64,000 nucleotides of DNA, taken from Opitutales bacterium. Lineage in GTDB: Bacteria; Verrucomicrobiota; Verrucomicrobiia; Opitutales; Seribacteraceae. Shown here in pieces: positions 1 to 11,060 of the stretch (the stretch's first letter is position 1; the number at the start of each line of letters is the position of its first letter). A model generated the notes under the pieces. It worked only from the letters and a program-made list of their open reading frames with translations, had not been told where the DNA came from and did not search any database. The stretch covers positions 2,399 to 66,398 of the forward strand of contig JAOFTV010000009.1 in NCBI GenBank assembly GCA_028045305.1, read 5' to 3'. The position numbers and the translations under genes were made by a program.

Positions 1-33
1 TCGTGCGCGCAGGCTATATTATTGAAGATCTAA
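1..33 (+). CDS. 3' end of an upstream CDS truncated by the window edge (...SCAQAILLKI*); possibly holo-ACP synthase
   Basis: Frame 1 is open to TAA at 31-33; AQAILL resembles AcpS C-termini, but only 10 codons are visible. Confidence 0.25.
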   Translation, partial: SCAQAILLKI

Positions 34-49
34 TTCGTTTAAAAAATTT

Positions 50-538
50 ATGAAATGCCACCATTGTGATAGCCAAGCTACTGTGCATTTGACACAAATT
101 ATTAATGGTCAAATGCATAAGATGGATTTATGTGAGGCTTGTGCCCAGGAAAAAGGGGTGACCAATCCAGATAATTTATCCATTGGTAATCTCCTAGACG
201 ACAACCAACCAAAGATCGATGCCTCCACTGCATCCATGACTTGCGAGAGTTGTGGTACCACGCATCAAGAATTTAAAAAAGGTGGAAGATTGGGATGCGA
301 AGCATGTTATCATGTATTTCGCCCCGTGCTCGAGCCCCTGCTGGATGGAATGCATGCAGGAATTAAGCATTTAGGAAAAGTTCCCTCCCGTAGCGTAAAG
401 AAAAAATCAGCAGAAGAAAACGAGGGTATTTTACAAAAAGAGTTAAAAAAGGCGGTCGAAGAAGAAAATTATGAAAAGGCGGCGGAACTTAGAGATCGTT
501 TGAAGAAATTGCAGGCGAGAAGCTCAACGACTGCTTGA
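50..538 (+). CDS. mcsA: McsA, activator of protein-arginine kinase (UVR domain)
   Basis: Four CxxC motifs (CHHC, CEAC, CESC, CEAC); RLGCxxCY; C-terminal UVR motif EENYEKAAELRD; upstream of mcsB-clpC. Confidence 0.93.
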   Translation: MKCHHCDSQATVHLTQIINGQMHKMDLCEACAQEKGVTNPDNLSIGNLLDDNQPKIDASTASMTCESCGTTHQEFKKGGRLGCEACYHVFRPVLEPLLDGMHAGIKHLGKVPSRSVKKKSAEENEGILQKELKKAVEEENYEKAAELRDRLKKLQARSSTTA

Positions 539-544
539 ATCGAC

Positions 545-1618
545 ATGTTTCACGACCTCTTTTTTTCAAAAACTAAAGGCAGGGTGCCCAAACCTTGCCC
601 TATCGCCCTGAGCACCCGTGTTAGACTGGCTAGGAACCTGAGTACATTTCCCTTTCCTGGACGGGCTCAATCCGGGCAGAAAAAAGCGGTTCTTTCAAAA
701 TGTCTCGATGCTTTAGAAAAAGTAAAGCCTCTCCAATCCTCCACCTCAGTGGAATTGGACGAGTTAAGCGAACTGGATCGTCAAATTCTTGTGGAAAAGC
801 ACCTAATCAGCCTGGAGCTTTCTCAATCTGATGAGTCCGGAGGGCTTGTTCTTTCCAATGATCGGGCATGTAGCGTGATGGTGAACGAGGAAGATCACTT
901 GCGAATACAGGTTTTGGGCAATGGATTAGATTTTAAGAAAGTCTGGAAACTTGCGGATTCTCTCGATTCCGGAATTGAATCGAGTGTAGACTATGCCTTT
1001 GACAAAGAGCTTGGGTTTTTAACCGCGTGCCCCACCAACCTGGGGACCGGTATGAGGGCATCGGTAATGATGCACCTTCCTGGCTTGGTGATGTCCAAGA
1101 ATATGGACAAGGTCATCAATGCAGTAAATCACCTGGGTATTGCAGTGCGTGGACTTTTTGGAGAGGGTTCAGATGCAAGTGGGAGTATTTTCCAAATTTC
1201 TAACCAGCAAACCCTGGGAGAGTCAGAAACTGCCATTCTCGAAAGGTTGGAAACCACCCTGGAGAATATCGTCCACCAAGAGCGGATGGCTCGTGAAAAA
1301 CTGATGGAGGATGATGGTGTTCGTTTGATCGATAAAATAAGCCGTGCGGTGGGCTCTCTAAAAACCTGTTTTCTTATACAAAGTTCCGAAGCGATGGACC
1401 ATCTTTCATTAATTCGTCTAGCCGCAGATTTTGGATACCTTCCGGAAAAATTTCGTGCCCTTGCAGACCGCATGTTCATAGAGGTGCAACCTGGGCATGT
1501 TCAACTTTCAGCTGGCCAGCCTATAGAACCTGGCGAGCGTGACCGCTTGCGTGCAGAAACCTTGCGGGCTGAATTCCTGCGCGTTCCTCAACTTAACTTG
1601 GATGCCCAAGTTGACTAA
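545..1618 (+). CDS. mcsB: Protein-arginine kinase McsB
   Basis: STRVRLARN, NEEDHLRIQ, LTACPTNLGTGMRASVM and QISNQQTLG motifs. Confidence 0.95.
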   Translation: MFHDLFFSKTKGRVPKPCPIALSTRVRLARNLSTFPFPGRAQSGQKKAVLSKCLDALEKVKPLQSSTSVELDELSELDRQILVEKHLISLELSQSDESGGLVLSNDRACSVMVNEEDHLRIQVLGNGLDFKKVWKLADSLDSGIESSVDYAFDKELGFLTACPTNLGTGMRASVMMHLPGLVMSKNMDKVINAVNHLGIAVRGLFGEGSDASGSIFQISNQQTLGESETAILERLETTLENIVHQERMAREKLMEDDGVRLIDKISRAVGSLKTCFLIQSSEAMDHLSLIRLAADFGYLPEKFRALADRMFIEVQPGHVQLSAGQPIEPGERDRLRAETLRAEFLRVPQLNLDAQVD

Positions 1619-1644
1619 CCTCTTATCAACCATATTCTAAAGTC

Positions 1645-4185
1645 ATGTCTGAACCAATGAGCAACTTCACACCGAGAGCCCAGCAAGTGCTCGCCTTGGC
1701 ACGCAAGGAGGCTGATCGGTTTCATCACAATTACATCGGCACGGAACATTTACTTCTTGGACTAATTAACCTTGGCCAAGGCGTGGCCGTGAATGTTTTA
1801 CAAAAAATGGGTCTGGACTTGGATACGGTCAGGCAAGCAGTTGATGAGCAGGTAGGATTAGGGCCCGAAGCCAAGCCCTCTGGGAACATCCCTTACACTC
1901 CACGCGTTAAAAAAGTACTCGCTCTCGCTGGCAAGGAGGCAAAATCTTTAAACCATAGCTATGTGGGTACCGAACATATTTTACTTGGCTTGCTCCGTGA
2001 AGGGGAGGGAGTTGCTGCACGGGTTTTAAAATCTTTGGATGTTGATGTGGACAGATGTCGAAATGAAATCCTTTCAGAACTTGATCCAAATTTTGCCAGC
2101 AGTGAGGATAAAGAATCCTCCATGGTTGGTGGGGATGGGGATGAACCAGAAGAAAAAGGTAAAGATGTAAAGACACCCGCACTCAAGGCATTCGGTAGAG
2201 ACCTTACTGAACTGGCCAAAAACGGTGAACTTGATCCAGTAGTTGGTCGATCTTCGGAAATTCGCAGGGTCACCCAAGTGCTTTGCCGCCGGACTAAGAA
2301 TAACCCCGTTCTTATTGGGGAAGCAGGCGTGGGAAAGACCGCAATTGTGGAAGGATTAGCCCAGCAAATTGCGGGCGGTTTGGTCCCGGAAAATTTAATC
2401 GATAAAAAGGTAGTCACTCTGGACCTTGCTCTGATGGTTGCAGGTACAAAATACCGCGGACAATTTGAAGAGCGCATTAAAGCGGTGATGGATGAATTAA
2501 GAAAATCCAAGAACATCATTATTTTTATTGATGAATTACACACCATCGTTGGAGCCGGTGCTGCCGAGGGGGCCATGGACGCTTCTAATATTTTTAAACC
2601 TGCCCTCAGTCGGGGTGAACTCCAGTGTATTGGTGCAACCACACTCGCAGAACATCGTAAATATATTGAAAAAGACTCTGCTCTTGATCGCCGTTTTCAA
2701 TCTGTAAAAGTGGAAGCTCCATCTGTCGAGGATACGGTCAAGATATTACAAGGAATTCGATCGAAGTACGAAGAACACCACAATGTTAATTACTCCGATA
2801 AATCTTTAGAGGCGGCTGCGAAACTTACCGATCGATATGTGACTGGAAAATTTCTTCCTGACAAAGCGATTGATGCCATTGATGAGGCTGGTGCTCGTTC
2901 ACGTATGGAATCGATGAAAAGACCGCAGGAGATCGAGGATTTGTCTGATGAGATTAAGGAAATTTGTGCGGTGAAAGAAAGTGCGATATCTGACCAGAAT
3001 TTTGAAGAGGCGGCAGAAGCCCGAGATAAAGAAAAGAAACTGCGTGCCAAGAGGGAACGCGTGCTCGAAAACTGGAAGAAAAACCGCGAACAAAACCGGG
3101 CAGAGGTCAGTGATGACGACATGCTTCAAGTGGTGGCAGACTGGACAGGAATTCCATTGAATCGTATGGAGTCCAAAGAGAGTAAAAAACTTCTCAAATT
3201 GGAAGATGAATTGTGCGAGCAAGTGGTGGGACAGGATTTTGCCACCCAAGTTGTGGCCAAGGCTTTACGGCGTTCAAGGGCTGACCTGAAAGACCCAAAA
3301 CGCCCCATCGGATCCTTTATGTTTCTCGGGCCAACCGGTGTGGGGAAGACTCATTTGGCCAAGGTTTTATCCGAACGAATATTTGGTGATCAAGAATCTC
3401 TAATCCAAGTGGATATGTCTGAGTACATGGAGAAACATGCCGTTTCCCGGATGATCGGATCCCCTCCTGGATATGTGGGGCATGATGAAGGGGGCCAACT
3501 GACAGAGGCAATTCGTCGAAAGCCTTACTCTGTAATTTTATTTGATGAGATCGAAAAAGCACATCCTGATGTTGCGCAAATTCTTCTACAGATTCTAGAA
3601 GATGGTCGATTGACTGACAGTTTGGGTCGGAAAGTAGATTTTCGTAATACCATATTGATCATGACCTCAAATGTCGGGGCAGATATTTTGCAACGCAATA
3701 CCTCGCTTGGATTTTCTGTAGATGATGCCGATCAGGATTTTGAAAAGATCAAAGATAAAATCATGGATGAGGCGAAGAAGGTTTTTAAACCAGAATTCCT
3801 TAACCGCTTGACGGAGATTGTAATCTTCCGCCAGTTGCTCAAGGAGCATCTGTCCGATATTGTTGATTTGGAGTTAGCGAAAGTTTCTGAGCGTTTAAAA
3901 GAACGAAAATTAAAACTCGATGTTTCCAAGGAGGCGAAAGAGTTTCTCATCGAGCATGGATATGATAAGAAATTGGGGGCTAGGCCTTTGCGTAGAGCAG
4001 TAGAAAGATATTTGGAAGACAATCTAGCAGAAGCCTTGCTTGCTGGTGACATTCGTAAGAATCTGCCCATTAAAGTAATTTTACATGAGGATGAAGAGAT
4101 TGGCCTCATGTTTGAGCAGGCTAAGAAAAGTAAGAAAAAGGTCAGTGCATCAACTCCGAAAGATATTAAAGATTCGGAATCCTAG
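1645..4185 (+). CDS. clpC: ATP-dependent Clp protease ATPase subunit ClpC
   Basis: Two Clp-N repeats (GTEHLLLGL); two Walker A motifs GEAGVGKT and GPTGVGKT; GSPPGYVG; UVR middle domain. Confidence 0.96.
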   Translation: MSEPMSNFTPRAQQVLALARKEADRFHHNYIGTEHLLLGLINLGQGVAVNVLQKMGLDLDTVRQAVDEQVGLGPEAKPSGNIPYTPRVKKVLALAGKEAKSLNHSYVGTEHILLGLLREGEGVAARVLKSLDVDVDRCRNEILSELDPNFASSEDKESSMVGGDGDEPEEKGKDVKTPALKAFGRDLTELAKNGELDPVVGRSSEIRRVTQVLCRRTKNNPVLIGEAGVGKTAIVEGLAQQIAGGLVPENLIDKKVVTLDLALMVAGTKYRGQFEERIKAVMDELRKSKNIIIFIDELHTIVGAGAAEGAMDASNIFKPALSRGELQCIGATTLAEHRKYIEKDSALDRRFQSVKVEAPSVEDTVKILQGIRSKYEEHHNVNYSDKSLEAAAKLTDRYVTGKFLPDKAIDAIDEAGARSRMESMKRPQEIEDLSDEIKEICAVKESAISDQNFEEAAEARDKEKKLRAKRERVLENWKKNREQNRAEVSDDDMLQVVADWTGIPLNRMESKESKKLLKLEDELCEQVVGQDFATQVVAKALRRSRADLKDPKRPIGSFMFLGPTGVGKTHLAKVLSERIFGDQESLIQVDMSEYMEKHAVSRMIGSPPGYVGHDEGGQLTEAIRRKPYSVILFDEIEKAHPDVAQILLQILEDGRLTDSLGRKVDFRNTILIMTSNVGADILQRNTSLGFSVDDADQDFEKIKDKIMDEAKKVFKPEFLNRLTEIVIFRQLLKEHLSDIVDLELAKVSERLKERKLKLDVSKEAKEFLIEHGYDKKLGARPLRRAVERYLEDNLAEALLAGDIRKNLPIKVILHEDEEIGLMFEQAKKSKKKVSASTPKDIKDSES

Positions 4186-4273
4186 TCTGATTTTACACCT
4201 AGGAATTTTTTGTATCGAGTGATATTGGCTCGCTTATTAAAGTAGAGTTCTATAATTTAAAACCCCTTATTTT

Positions 4274-4690
4274 ATGGAAAAAACCCTCATACTACTTAAA
4301 CCTGATTGCTTGGATAACCGAGTGGTCGGACAAGTCATTTCACGCTTTGAAAAAAAGAACTACAGTATTATAGCCACTCGGATGATTCAGTTAGATGATT
4401 CCTTGCTAAGTGAACACTACGCACATGTTGCTCATTTACCCTTTTTTCCTGACATTGCCTCTTTCATGAGTTCTCGCCCTGTTTTGGCTATGATCTTGGA
4501 AGGTGAAAATGTAGTGCAAGGAGTGCGTGACCTTTTGGGACCTACTGATTCTACCACCGCACCAAAGGGTACAATTCGTGGAGATTTGGGAACCGACCGA
4601 ATGCGCAATGTGGTACATGCCTCTGATAGTTTGGAAAATGCACAGGTAGAGATTGAGCGCTTCTTTTCCGATCAACTTGCAATTGCCTGA
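4274..4690 (+). CDS. ndk: Nucleoside diphosphate kinase
   Basis: EKTLILLKPD, GTIRGD and NVVHASDS catalytic His motif. Confidence 0.97.
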   Translation: MEKTLILLKPDCLDNRVVGQVISRFEKKNYSIIATRMIQLDDSLLSEHYAHVAHLPFFPDIASFMSSRPVLAMILEGENVVQGVRDLLGPTDSTTAPKGTIRGDLGTDRMRNVVHASDSLENAQVEIERFFSDQLAIA

Positions 4691-4700
4691 TTGGGATACC

Positions 4701-4721
4701 AGCGAGCGGGTATAGCTCGCT
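4701..4721. terminator. Possible hairpin terminator between convergent ndk and ispF
   Basis: Perfect 7-bp inverted repeat AGCGAGC-N7-GCTCGCT; no strong U-tract. Confidence 0.35.
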
Positions 4722-4727
4722 TACAAT

Positions 4728-5216
4728 CTAAGCCTTTATGAGAAGGCAGACGGCATGAGCGGCAATTCCCTGTTCTTTTCCTAAAGCCCCAATTCCTTCG
4801 TGTGTGGTGGCTTTAATGCCAATGCAATCCTCAGGGGTATTCAATAACTCAGAAAGATTTTTCCTCATCCTGGGAAGGTGAGGCCCAAGTTTTGGACGTT
4901 CGGCAATCAAGGTAATATCGATGTTTCCTATATGGAAACCTCGCTCTTTGCACAGGCTAATCACTTTATGCAGAATAATGGAAGAGTCTAGGCCTTGGTT
5001 GACTGGGTCGTCGTCGGGAAAGTGGTGGCCAATGTCTGGTAGTGCTAGGGCGCCAAGGATAGAATCGGCAAGGGCATGAATCAAGCAGTCTGCATCAGAA
5101 TGTCCAAGAAGTCCAAGGTGGTGGGGAATTTCCACGCCTCCCAGGATAAGTTTTCTGCCCTCGACCAACCGGTGAAGGTCAAATCCGTGGCCTGTACGAA
5201 TGATTGGAGGGTTCAT
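4728..5216 (-). CDS. ispF: 2-C-methyl-D-erythritol 2,4-cyclodiphosphate synthase
   Basis: RTGHGFDLH, GHSDAD, DIGHHFP and IKATTHE motifs. Confidence 0.97.
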   Translation of the reverse strand: MNPPIIRTGHGFDLHRLVEGRKLILGGVEIPHHLGLLGHSDADCLIHALADSILGALALPDIGHHFPDDDPVNQGLDSSIILHKVISLCKERGFHIGNIDITLIAERPKLGPHLPRMRKNLSELLNTPEDCIGIKATTHEGIGALGKEQGIAAHAVCLLIKA

Positions 5217-5932
5217 GAGTTGTAAAGAAATTCTGCATATGCAAAATCGTCCGGAGTGGTGATTTTTGGATTCGGATAGTTTGGTTCAATAAAGCCAACA
5301 GGATGCCCGATCAGTTCTACTGCTGCCATATCATCGGTAAGGAGAATATTTTCTTTTTTGGCTTTTTTTAACCCCTCGAGCAACCATGCTTTTGGGGCTC
5401 CTTGTGGGGTCTCAATTAGCCAATGATTTGCCCGGTCGAGGGTGCGAGTTTTTGCCGGATCAAGAGGGTCTTGGGTACCTTCAACCCGTAAGCGTAAAGT
5501 ATCTTTGAGGTGGCGTGCTAGAGTAATCGAGCGATTCTTGGCAATTTCCCGGGCACATTGTGAAATAGTTTGAGGGCGGATAAAAGGACGGGCACAATCG
5601 TGAATCATAGTATGGGTGATTTCTTTGGGGAATGCATGCAAGCCCAGGTCCACGGAGTCTTGGCGGGCTTTACCTCCCTTAACCCATAAAACCTGCCTGT
5701 CTTGGCATTGAATAGATGATGCTTTAATTTGCTCCCACGATTCCTGGAGTTTTGAAAGTTGTGCGGAGTCCTTATAAGTGATGACCAAAGAGCTTACCTC
5801 TTCGACTTGTAAAAAGGACTGGCAGGAAAGGAAAAAGGCATGTTTCGTTCCAATAGGATGCAGGAGTTTATCTTTAATTTCTCCCTGCATTCGGGAGCCG
5901 CTACCTGCGGCCAGCAGCAAAGCACCAATCAT
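5213..5932 (-). CDS. ispD: 2-C-methyl-D-erythritol 4-phosphate cytidylyltransferase
   Basis: LAAGSGSRM, GGKARQDSV, IHDCARPF, ETPQ and NPKITTPDD; overlaps ispF. Confidence 0.93.
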   Translation of the reverse strand: MIGALLLAAGSGSRMQGEIKDKLLHPIGTKHAFFLSCQSFLQVEEVSSLVITYKDSAQLSKLQESWEQIKASSIQCQDRQVLWVKGGKARQDSVDLGLHAFPKEITHTMIHDCARPFIRPQTISQCAREIAKNRSITLARHLKDTLRLRVEGTQDPLDPAKTRTLDRANHWLIETPQGAPKAWLLEGLKKAKKENILLTDDMAAVELIGHPVGFIEPNYPNPKITTPDDFAYAEFLYNS

Positions 5933-6639
5933 ATTTCAGTTGAATTCAATTCCTCGAGAATGGACTCAAGTGCATCCCTAGGGTCGGGGGTAGCAAGAAT
6001 GGGGCGACCGATTACCAAAAAATTAGCTCCCGCCCGCTTGGCTTGGCCAGGAGTCATGATGCGTTTTTGATCACCTGCATTTGCATTGAGGGGACGAATG
6101 CCCGGAGTCACTAATTTGGTTGATGCAGGTAGAGAATGCCTGAGTCGTGGAAGTTCAAGAGGGGAACATACAATGCCACCAATTCCTTGATCTGTGGAAA
6201 GAGAGGCTAGACGAAGAACTTGATCATCCACGGGGTCATTCACACCGATGGCCTGTAACCCCTCTTGGTTAGTGGAGGTTAGTACAGTCACTGCAAGCAG
6301 GGTAACTTCTGGCATACTTTCCTTGGCCAACCGGGCACATCTGTCTAAGGCTTCCGGGCCTGCACTTGCATGTAGAGTTAATAAGCCAACTGGTAAATCC
6401 GACAGACTCTCCAATGCCTTGGCCATGGTGTTTGGAATATCGTGCAACTTGAGATCGAGAAAGACCTTCTTTCCGGATTCAGAAAGTTCACGGACAAGAG
6501 ATGGTCCATCACGCAGGTAGCTTTGTAGCCCTACTTTAACCCATGATAAACGATCACCGGTTTTTTCAAGCATTTGATGAATTTGCCCACGGTCTTCAAG
6601 GTCGAGAGCGAGAATGATTTCGGGTAATGATGGACTCAT
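5929..6639 (-). CDS. pyrF: Orotidine-5'-phosphate decarboxylase
   Basis: IILALD, VFLDLKLHDIPNT, LVTPGIRP and VIGRPI; ATG at 6639 chosen over the TTG at 6684. Confidence 0.96.
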   Translation of the reverse strand: MSPSLPEIILALDLEDRGQIHQMLEKTGDRLSWVKVGLQSYLRDGPSLVRELSESGKKVFLDLKLHDIPNTMAKALESLSDLPVGLLTLHASAGPEALDRCARLAKESMPEVTLLAVTVLTSTNQEGLQAIGVNDPVDDQVLRLASLSTDQGIGGIVCSPLELPRLRHSLPASTKLVTPGIRPLNANAGDQKRIMTPGQAKRAGANFLVIGRPILATPDPRDALESILEELNSTEI

Positions 6640-6737
6640 GTTATTGGTTTCATCATGTTTGGAGAAAGGATTGAGCCAATTCAATTCTTGTATCGCCCCA
6701 CCACCTTTACTTTTTTATCATATAAATCTAGTATATA

Positions 6738-7649
6738 ATGGAACAAATTTTAGCAAAATCACCGGGGGTAGTTGAACTCTTTGCACCGGCAAAGATTAAC
6801 CTGTTTCTTGCCATTACGGGAAAAAGGGAGGACAACTACCATGAGTTATGCACAGTTCTGGCAAAGGTATCAACTGGTGATGTCATACAGCTATCCAGAA
6901 ACAATACATCCAGGGAAGTAAATTTAAAGTGTCCAGGATTCAAGGAGTTAGAAACACCTGATAACCTAGTCAGCCAAGCGGTATCCAAGTGGTTTCAGGA
7001 AAGTGGAGAATGTTGGGGAGTTGAAATAACCCTAAAGAAAAACATCCTGCCAATGTCTGGTTTAGGGGGAGGAAGTTCCGATGCAGTCTCCACTCTGCTG
7101 GGAATGAATGAGTTAGGGGATAGTCAATTATCTGAGCAAGTACTGTTGAATTTGGCCGAGGAAATCGGATCAGATTGTCCGAGCTTTTTCAACTATGGTC
7201 CATGCCTTGCCGAGGGTAGGGGAGAACATGTCCGCCCCATTGAGCAATCCAGATCTTTGCATTTGTGCGGGCAACAGGTTTTACTTTTCCGGCCAAATAT
7301 TGGACTGTCCACGGCAGCTGTTTATGCAGACTTTTCTCGTAAACCAATTAATTCATCAAAGGAATGGGCAAGGGAACGAGTAAGTGCTTGGGAGAATGGA
7401 GTTCTGTCCATTGAGGAATTTTTACACAACGATTTAGAACGCCCAGTCTTTGAAAAGCATCGATACTTTCTTCCCCTTTTTAATATGATCCAACAAAAAT
7501 ATGGTCTCCATCCGAAATTGTCCGGTAGTGGAAGTTGCTGTTTCGTCTTACTTCCTCAAGGATTTGATCAACTTTCCTGCCTTGAGGATGAAGTTATTCA
7601 GGCTTGGGGGAAGGATGTTTGGTTACAAAAGTGTAAAATAATTGCCTGA
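6738..7649 (+). CDS. ispE: 4-diphosphocytidyl-2-C-methyl-D-erythritol kinase
   Basis: APAKINLFL, GLGGGSSDA, IGSDCP and LSGSGS GHMP kinase motifs. Confidence 0.95.
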   Translation: MEQILAKSPGVVELFAPAKINLFLAITGKREDNYHELCTVLAKVSTGDVIQLSRNNTSREVNLKCPGFKELETPDNLVSQAVSKWFQESGECWGVEITLKKNILPMSGLGGGSSDAVSTLLGMNELGDSQLSEQVLLNLAEEIGSDCPSFFNYGPCLAEGRGEHVRPIEQSRSLHLCGQQVLLFRPNIGLSTAAVYADFSRKPINSSKEWARERVSAWENGVLSIEEFLHNDLERPVFEKHRYFLPLFNMIQQKYGLHPKLSGSGSCCFVLLPQGFDQLSCLEDEVIQAWGKDVWLQKCKIIA

Positions 7650-7730
7650 AGCAATTTAATTACAGGTTAGAATTTGTTTCCCTTGTGCCAGTCTTTGGGT
7701 CATTATTGAAAGTTGGCAATTTTTTCAGCC

Positions 7731-9500
7731 ATGATAGAGGAAATAAAAAACTCACCAGAACTTATGCTTTTTGGGATTCCCGCGTCTCCCGGGATAGCTC
7801 ATGGTCCAGTATTCCGCTTTCTTCATGATGAAGTAAAGGTTGCCACCTACGAGGTGGACGAGTCCGACCAGGCTGAAGAGATTAAGCGTTTCCTGGAGGC
7901 CTTGGAAATGACGAAGGCAGAGATTCGGGAAATTCGAGAGGATGTTGCCAAAAACCTTGGTGAAAAAGAAGCGGGGATTTTTGACGCTCACATGTTGGTA
8001 TTGGAAGACCGTGCATTGATTGAGGATGTGAAGAAGGAAATCAAGGAATCTGGTGAAAATGTTGAACAGTGCGTCCAACGAGTAACCGGAAAATACCTAG
8101 CTTTCTTTGATCAATTGGAAGATAAATACTTACGGGAGCGGGCGGTTGATTTAAGGGATATTTCTCGGAGGCTTCAAAGATGCCTCTCGGGTACCACGGC
8201 ATCTGGAACGGCTTTTCTAGAAGTACCAAAAGTTTTGGTTTCGGAAGACCTGACACCGTCCGATACTGCTGCTTTGGACCGTACAAAAATTCTTGGTATT
8301 GCCACCGATCTGGGCGGACAAACAAGCCATGCGGTGATCATGGCAAGAGCAAGCGGTGTTCCTGCGGTAGTTGGGTTGCGTGGATTAACCGAAAAGTTAA
8401 AGCAGGGTGACGAGTTGTTGATCGATGGGTTTGAAGGCGTGGCTATCATAAATCCCAGTGAGACTACGCTTTTTCGATATGGTAAGGTTGATGTGCAGCG
8501 TCGTAAACTTACGAACTTGGTGGAAAAAGAATCTTCCTTACCGGCCCAAACTGCTGATGGTAAGGATCTGCTGGTATGGGCGAATGCTGATACCCCTGAG
8601 GAGGTTGAGAAATCAAAAAGCCTTGGTTGCGAGGGTGTGGGGTTGTACCGCACGGAATCTCTTTTTCTAAGGACCAATTCTTTACCTTCTGAAAATGAAC
8701 AGTATGAAGAATATACCTGTATGGTAAAAGCAGCTTCAGGTCTGCCTCTTACTATTAGAACTTTGGATCTTGGTGGCGATAAATTGCTTGATGGCTTGAA
8801 CCAGCAAGAGGAAGCAAATCCATTCATGGGATTTCGGGCAATTCGTTACTGTCTAAGTAACCCCAGTGTTTTTCTTAATCAATTACGTGCAATTCTTCGG
8901 GCAAGCGCCCACGGCAAGGTCCGCATCATGTTGCCGATGATCTCTGGAATTGGAGAGGTTATTCGTACGAAGGAATTTATTGCTCAGGCAAAACAGGAAT
9001 TGGATGGTCGTGGAGAAAAATACGATCCAGATGTAGAACTTGGTTGTATGATCGAGACACCCGCTGCGGTTGCCATTTGTGATTTGCTTGCCGAAGAGTC
9101 TGATTTTTTCAGCATCGGGACTAACGATCTTGTTCAGTATTTATTAGCGGTTGATCGGATAAACAATGAAATCGCTTTTTTATATGAACCTCATCACCCT
9201 GCAGTTTTACGTTCCCTCAAGCAGGTCGCGGAGGTGGCAAAAAACAAGAATATTCCGGTTACTCTATGCGGGGAAATTGCCGGGGACCCTCACTTTCTTC
9301 CGTTGTTAATCGGTTTGGGATTTGATTCTTTTAGCGCATCGGCATCCATGATTGCGGAGATGAAGTTTTTTGCCCGACGATTCAACCAAGCAGATGTTGA
9401 GGAAATTACCAAAGATGCAGAGGCTAAGGTTCGACCATCCGAGGTTAAGGAATTGATCAAGAATTTTTACGAAGCACGGGTATCCGAGGCTTCTATTTAA
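7731..9500 (+). CDS. ptsI: PTS enzyme I (PEP-protein phosphotransferase)
   Basis: GGQTSHAVIMAR phospho-His motif, GLYRTE, IRTLDLGGDK and SIGTNDLVQY. Confidence 0.95.
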   Translation: MIEEIKNSPELMLFGIPASPGIAHGPVFRFLHDEVKVATYEVDESDQAEEIKRFLEALEMTKAEIREIREDVAKNLGEKEAGIFDAHMLVLEDRALIEDVKKEIKESGENVEQCVQRVTGKYLAFFDQLEDKYLRERAVDLRDISRRLQRCLSGTTASGTAFLEVPKVLVSEDLTPSDTAALDRTKILGIATDLGGQTSHAVIMARASGVPAVVGLRGLTEKLKQGDELLIDGFEGVAIINPSETTLFRYGKVDVQRRKLTNLVEKESSLPAQTADGKDLLVWANADTPEEVEKSKSLGCEGVGLYRTESLFLRTNSLPSENEQYEEYTCMVKAASGLPLTIRTLDLGGDKLLDGLNQQEEANPFMGFRAIRYCLSNPSVFLNQLRAILRASAHGKVRIMLPMISGIGEVIRTKEFIAQAKQELDGRGEKYDPDVELGCMIETPAAVAICDLLAEESDFFSIGTNDLVQYLLAVDRINNEIAFLYEPHHPAVLRSLKQVAEVAKNKNIPVTLCGEIAGDPHFLPLLIGLGFDSFSASASMIAEMKFFARRFNQADVEEITKDAEAKVRPSEVKELIKNFYEARVSEASI

Positions 9501-9526
9501 AAAGGCTTTGAGGCAGAAAATCTGAT

Positions 9527-9820
9527 TTACTCGTCCTGGAATTTGGACGAAAAAAGATCTGTCATTTGTTTTTCCAAGTCAGAAGCATCCTGGGTAGAGC
9601 ATTCGAAAGTGAGTTCGGAACCGCGGGCTGCGGCGAGCATCATTATGCCCATAATACTTTTCGAGTTTACCCGTTCTCCATCTTTTTTTGTTACCCAAAC
9701 TTCGCCAGAGAAGCTTGATGCAATTCGGACAATCATAGCAGCTGGCCGGGCGTGCACCCCCATCTTGTTACTTACCTCGAGGGTAAAAGTATGGGTTTTT
9801 TCAGAAGATTGATCGCTCAC
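9527..9820 (-). CDS. ptsH: Phosphocarrier protein HPr
   Basis: GVHARPA (His15) and NSKSIMG (Ser46) motifs. Confidence 0.95.
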   Translation of the reverse strand: MSDQSSEKTHTFTLEVSNKMGVHARPAAMIVRIASSFSGEVWVTKKDGERVNSKSIMGIMMLAAARGSELTFECSTQDASDLEKQMTDLFSSKFQDE

Positions 9821-9838
9821 ATGAACGATTTAGATCGT

Positions 9839-10336
9839 TCAAGTAAGAAAAGACAAAGAAAAAGTTCGAGTACCCCAAAGGATTAAGCCTGCGGCTATGG
9901 CTGCAAGAAGATCATCGATCATTACACCCAGTCCGCCAGGAAGCTTTTGGGCAGAACGAATAATCGATGGCTTCGAGATGTCAAAAAACCGAAAAAGGGC
10001 CAGTCCAAATGCGAGCCAAATAAAAGTTTCGTTTGTCAGAGGAGCGTTCCATACATCCGACAGGGGAAAGTAAACGAATGGAATCACGGTAAACTCATCC
10101 CAAATAACTTCGCCTGGATCGTTTCGATCAAGAAGAATTTCTGCTCTCGAACAAAGAGGGATACCGATAGCAAACAGGGGGACAAAGAGTAAGGCAAGCA
10201 TCGGAGCAGGCACATGGAGTACCAAAGTCATAAAGGCAAATAAGGAAACTCCTGCCAATGATCCCATGGTGCCGGGAGCCGGCAATCTGGTACCTATCGG
10301 ACCAAGGGTGGCGAGAAAGAGGATAACTCGGTTCAT
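9839..10336 (-). CDS. pgpA: Phosphatidylglycerophosphatase A
   Basis: APGTMGS, DPGEVIWDE, FRFFDISKP and GVMIDDLLA. Confidence 0.94.
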   Translation of the reverse strand: MNRVILFLATLGPIGTRLPAPGTMGSLAGVSLFAFMTLVLHVPAPMLALLFVPLFAIGIPLCSRAEILLDRNDPGEVIWDEFTVIPFVYFPLSDVWNAPLTNETFIWLAFGLALFRFFDISKPSIIRSAQKLPGGLGVMIDDLLAAIAAGLILWGTRTFSLSFLT

Positions 10337-10957
10337 TTAACTCTTCCCGCTATCCTTGCCGATAAAAACATTCCAATATTTCACCAGGTAATTGACCCCA
10401 GAGTACACCGTGAGTACACAGGCCATAACCAAGGTTATTTGAGCTGCCTGGCCAACCGGCTCGATCCATGCTGAAGAAGTGGCAAGCCATTGAGTTCTTG
10501 AAAGATCATGAACAAGTGCCCCTTTTGCGATAAATAAACAAATCGAAGTAATTTGCATGACTGTTTTTACTTTGCCCGCCTTTTCGGCAGCGAGAGTCTT
10601 GCCCTGGGCTGCGGCAATTAGGCGTAATCCAGTGATGAGAAATTCCCGCGAAAGAATTAAAAGAATAGGAAATAGTGCCCATAGCCCAATTATGCCCAGG
10701 GCGAGCATGCTCACAAAAGTACCCATAGTAAAGATCTTGTCCACGAGCGCGTCCATGAATTTTCCAAAGTCAGAAACTTGTCCAAGGCGGCGTGCCAGCC
10801 AACCATCCATCCAGTCGGTTAAAGCCCCAAAAAGAAAAAGAACCAGTGCAGTTGTCCATAGCCATGGGATTGTTTTTCCTTCCCATGGGTGTAGCAAGGC
10901 AACCACGATTACCATAAGGGGGATTCTCGACAAAGTAAGTAGGTTTGGTAAGTTCAT
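10337..10957 (-). CDS. pgsA: CDP-diacylglycerol--glycerol-3-phosphate 3-phosphatidyltransferase
   Basis: MNLPNLLTLSR; CDP-alcohol motif TDWMDGWLARR...FGKFMDALVDK; GKVKT. Confidence 0.93.
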   Translation of the reverse strand: MNLPNLLTLSRIPLMVIVVALLHPWEGKTIPWLWTTALVLFLFGALTDWMDGWLARRLGQVSDFGKFMDALVDKIFTMGTFVSMLALGIIGLWALFPILLILSREFLITGLRLIAAAQGKTLAAEKAGKVKTVMQITSICLFIAKGALVHDLSRTQWLATSSAWIEPVGQAAQITLVMACVLTVYSGVNYLVKYWNVFIGKDSGKS

Positions 10958-11060
10958 CTCAGTCGAGGCTCTTTAGATCTTTCAAAGAAATTTGGCAACT
11001 ACAACCCAAGAAGGTCCTTGGTTGTGGACTTGTCAGTAGATAATCGTTAAAAGGGAAATA

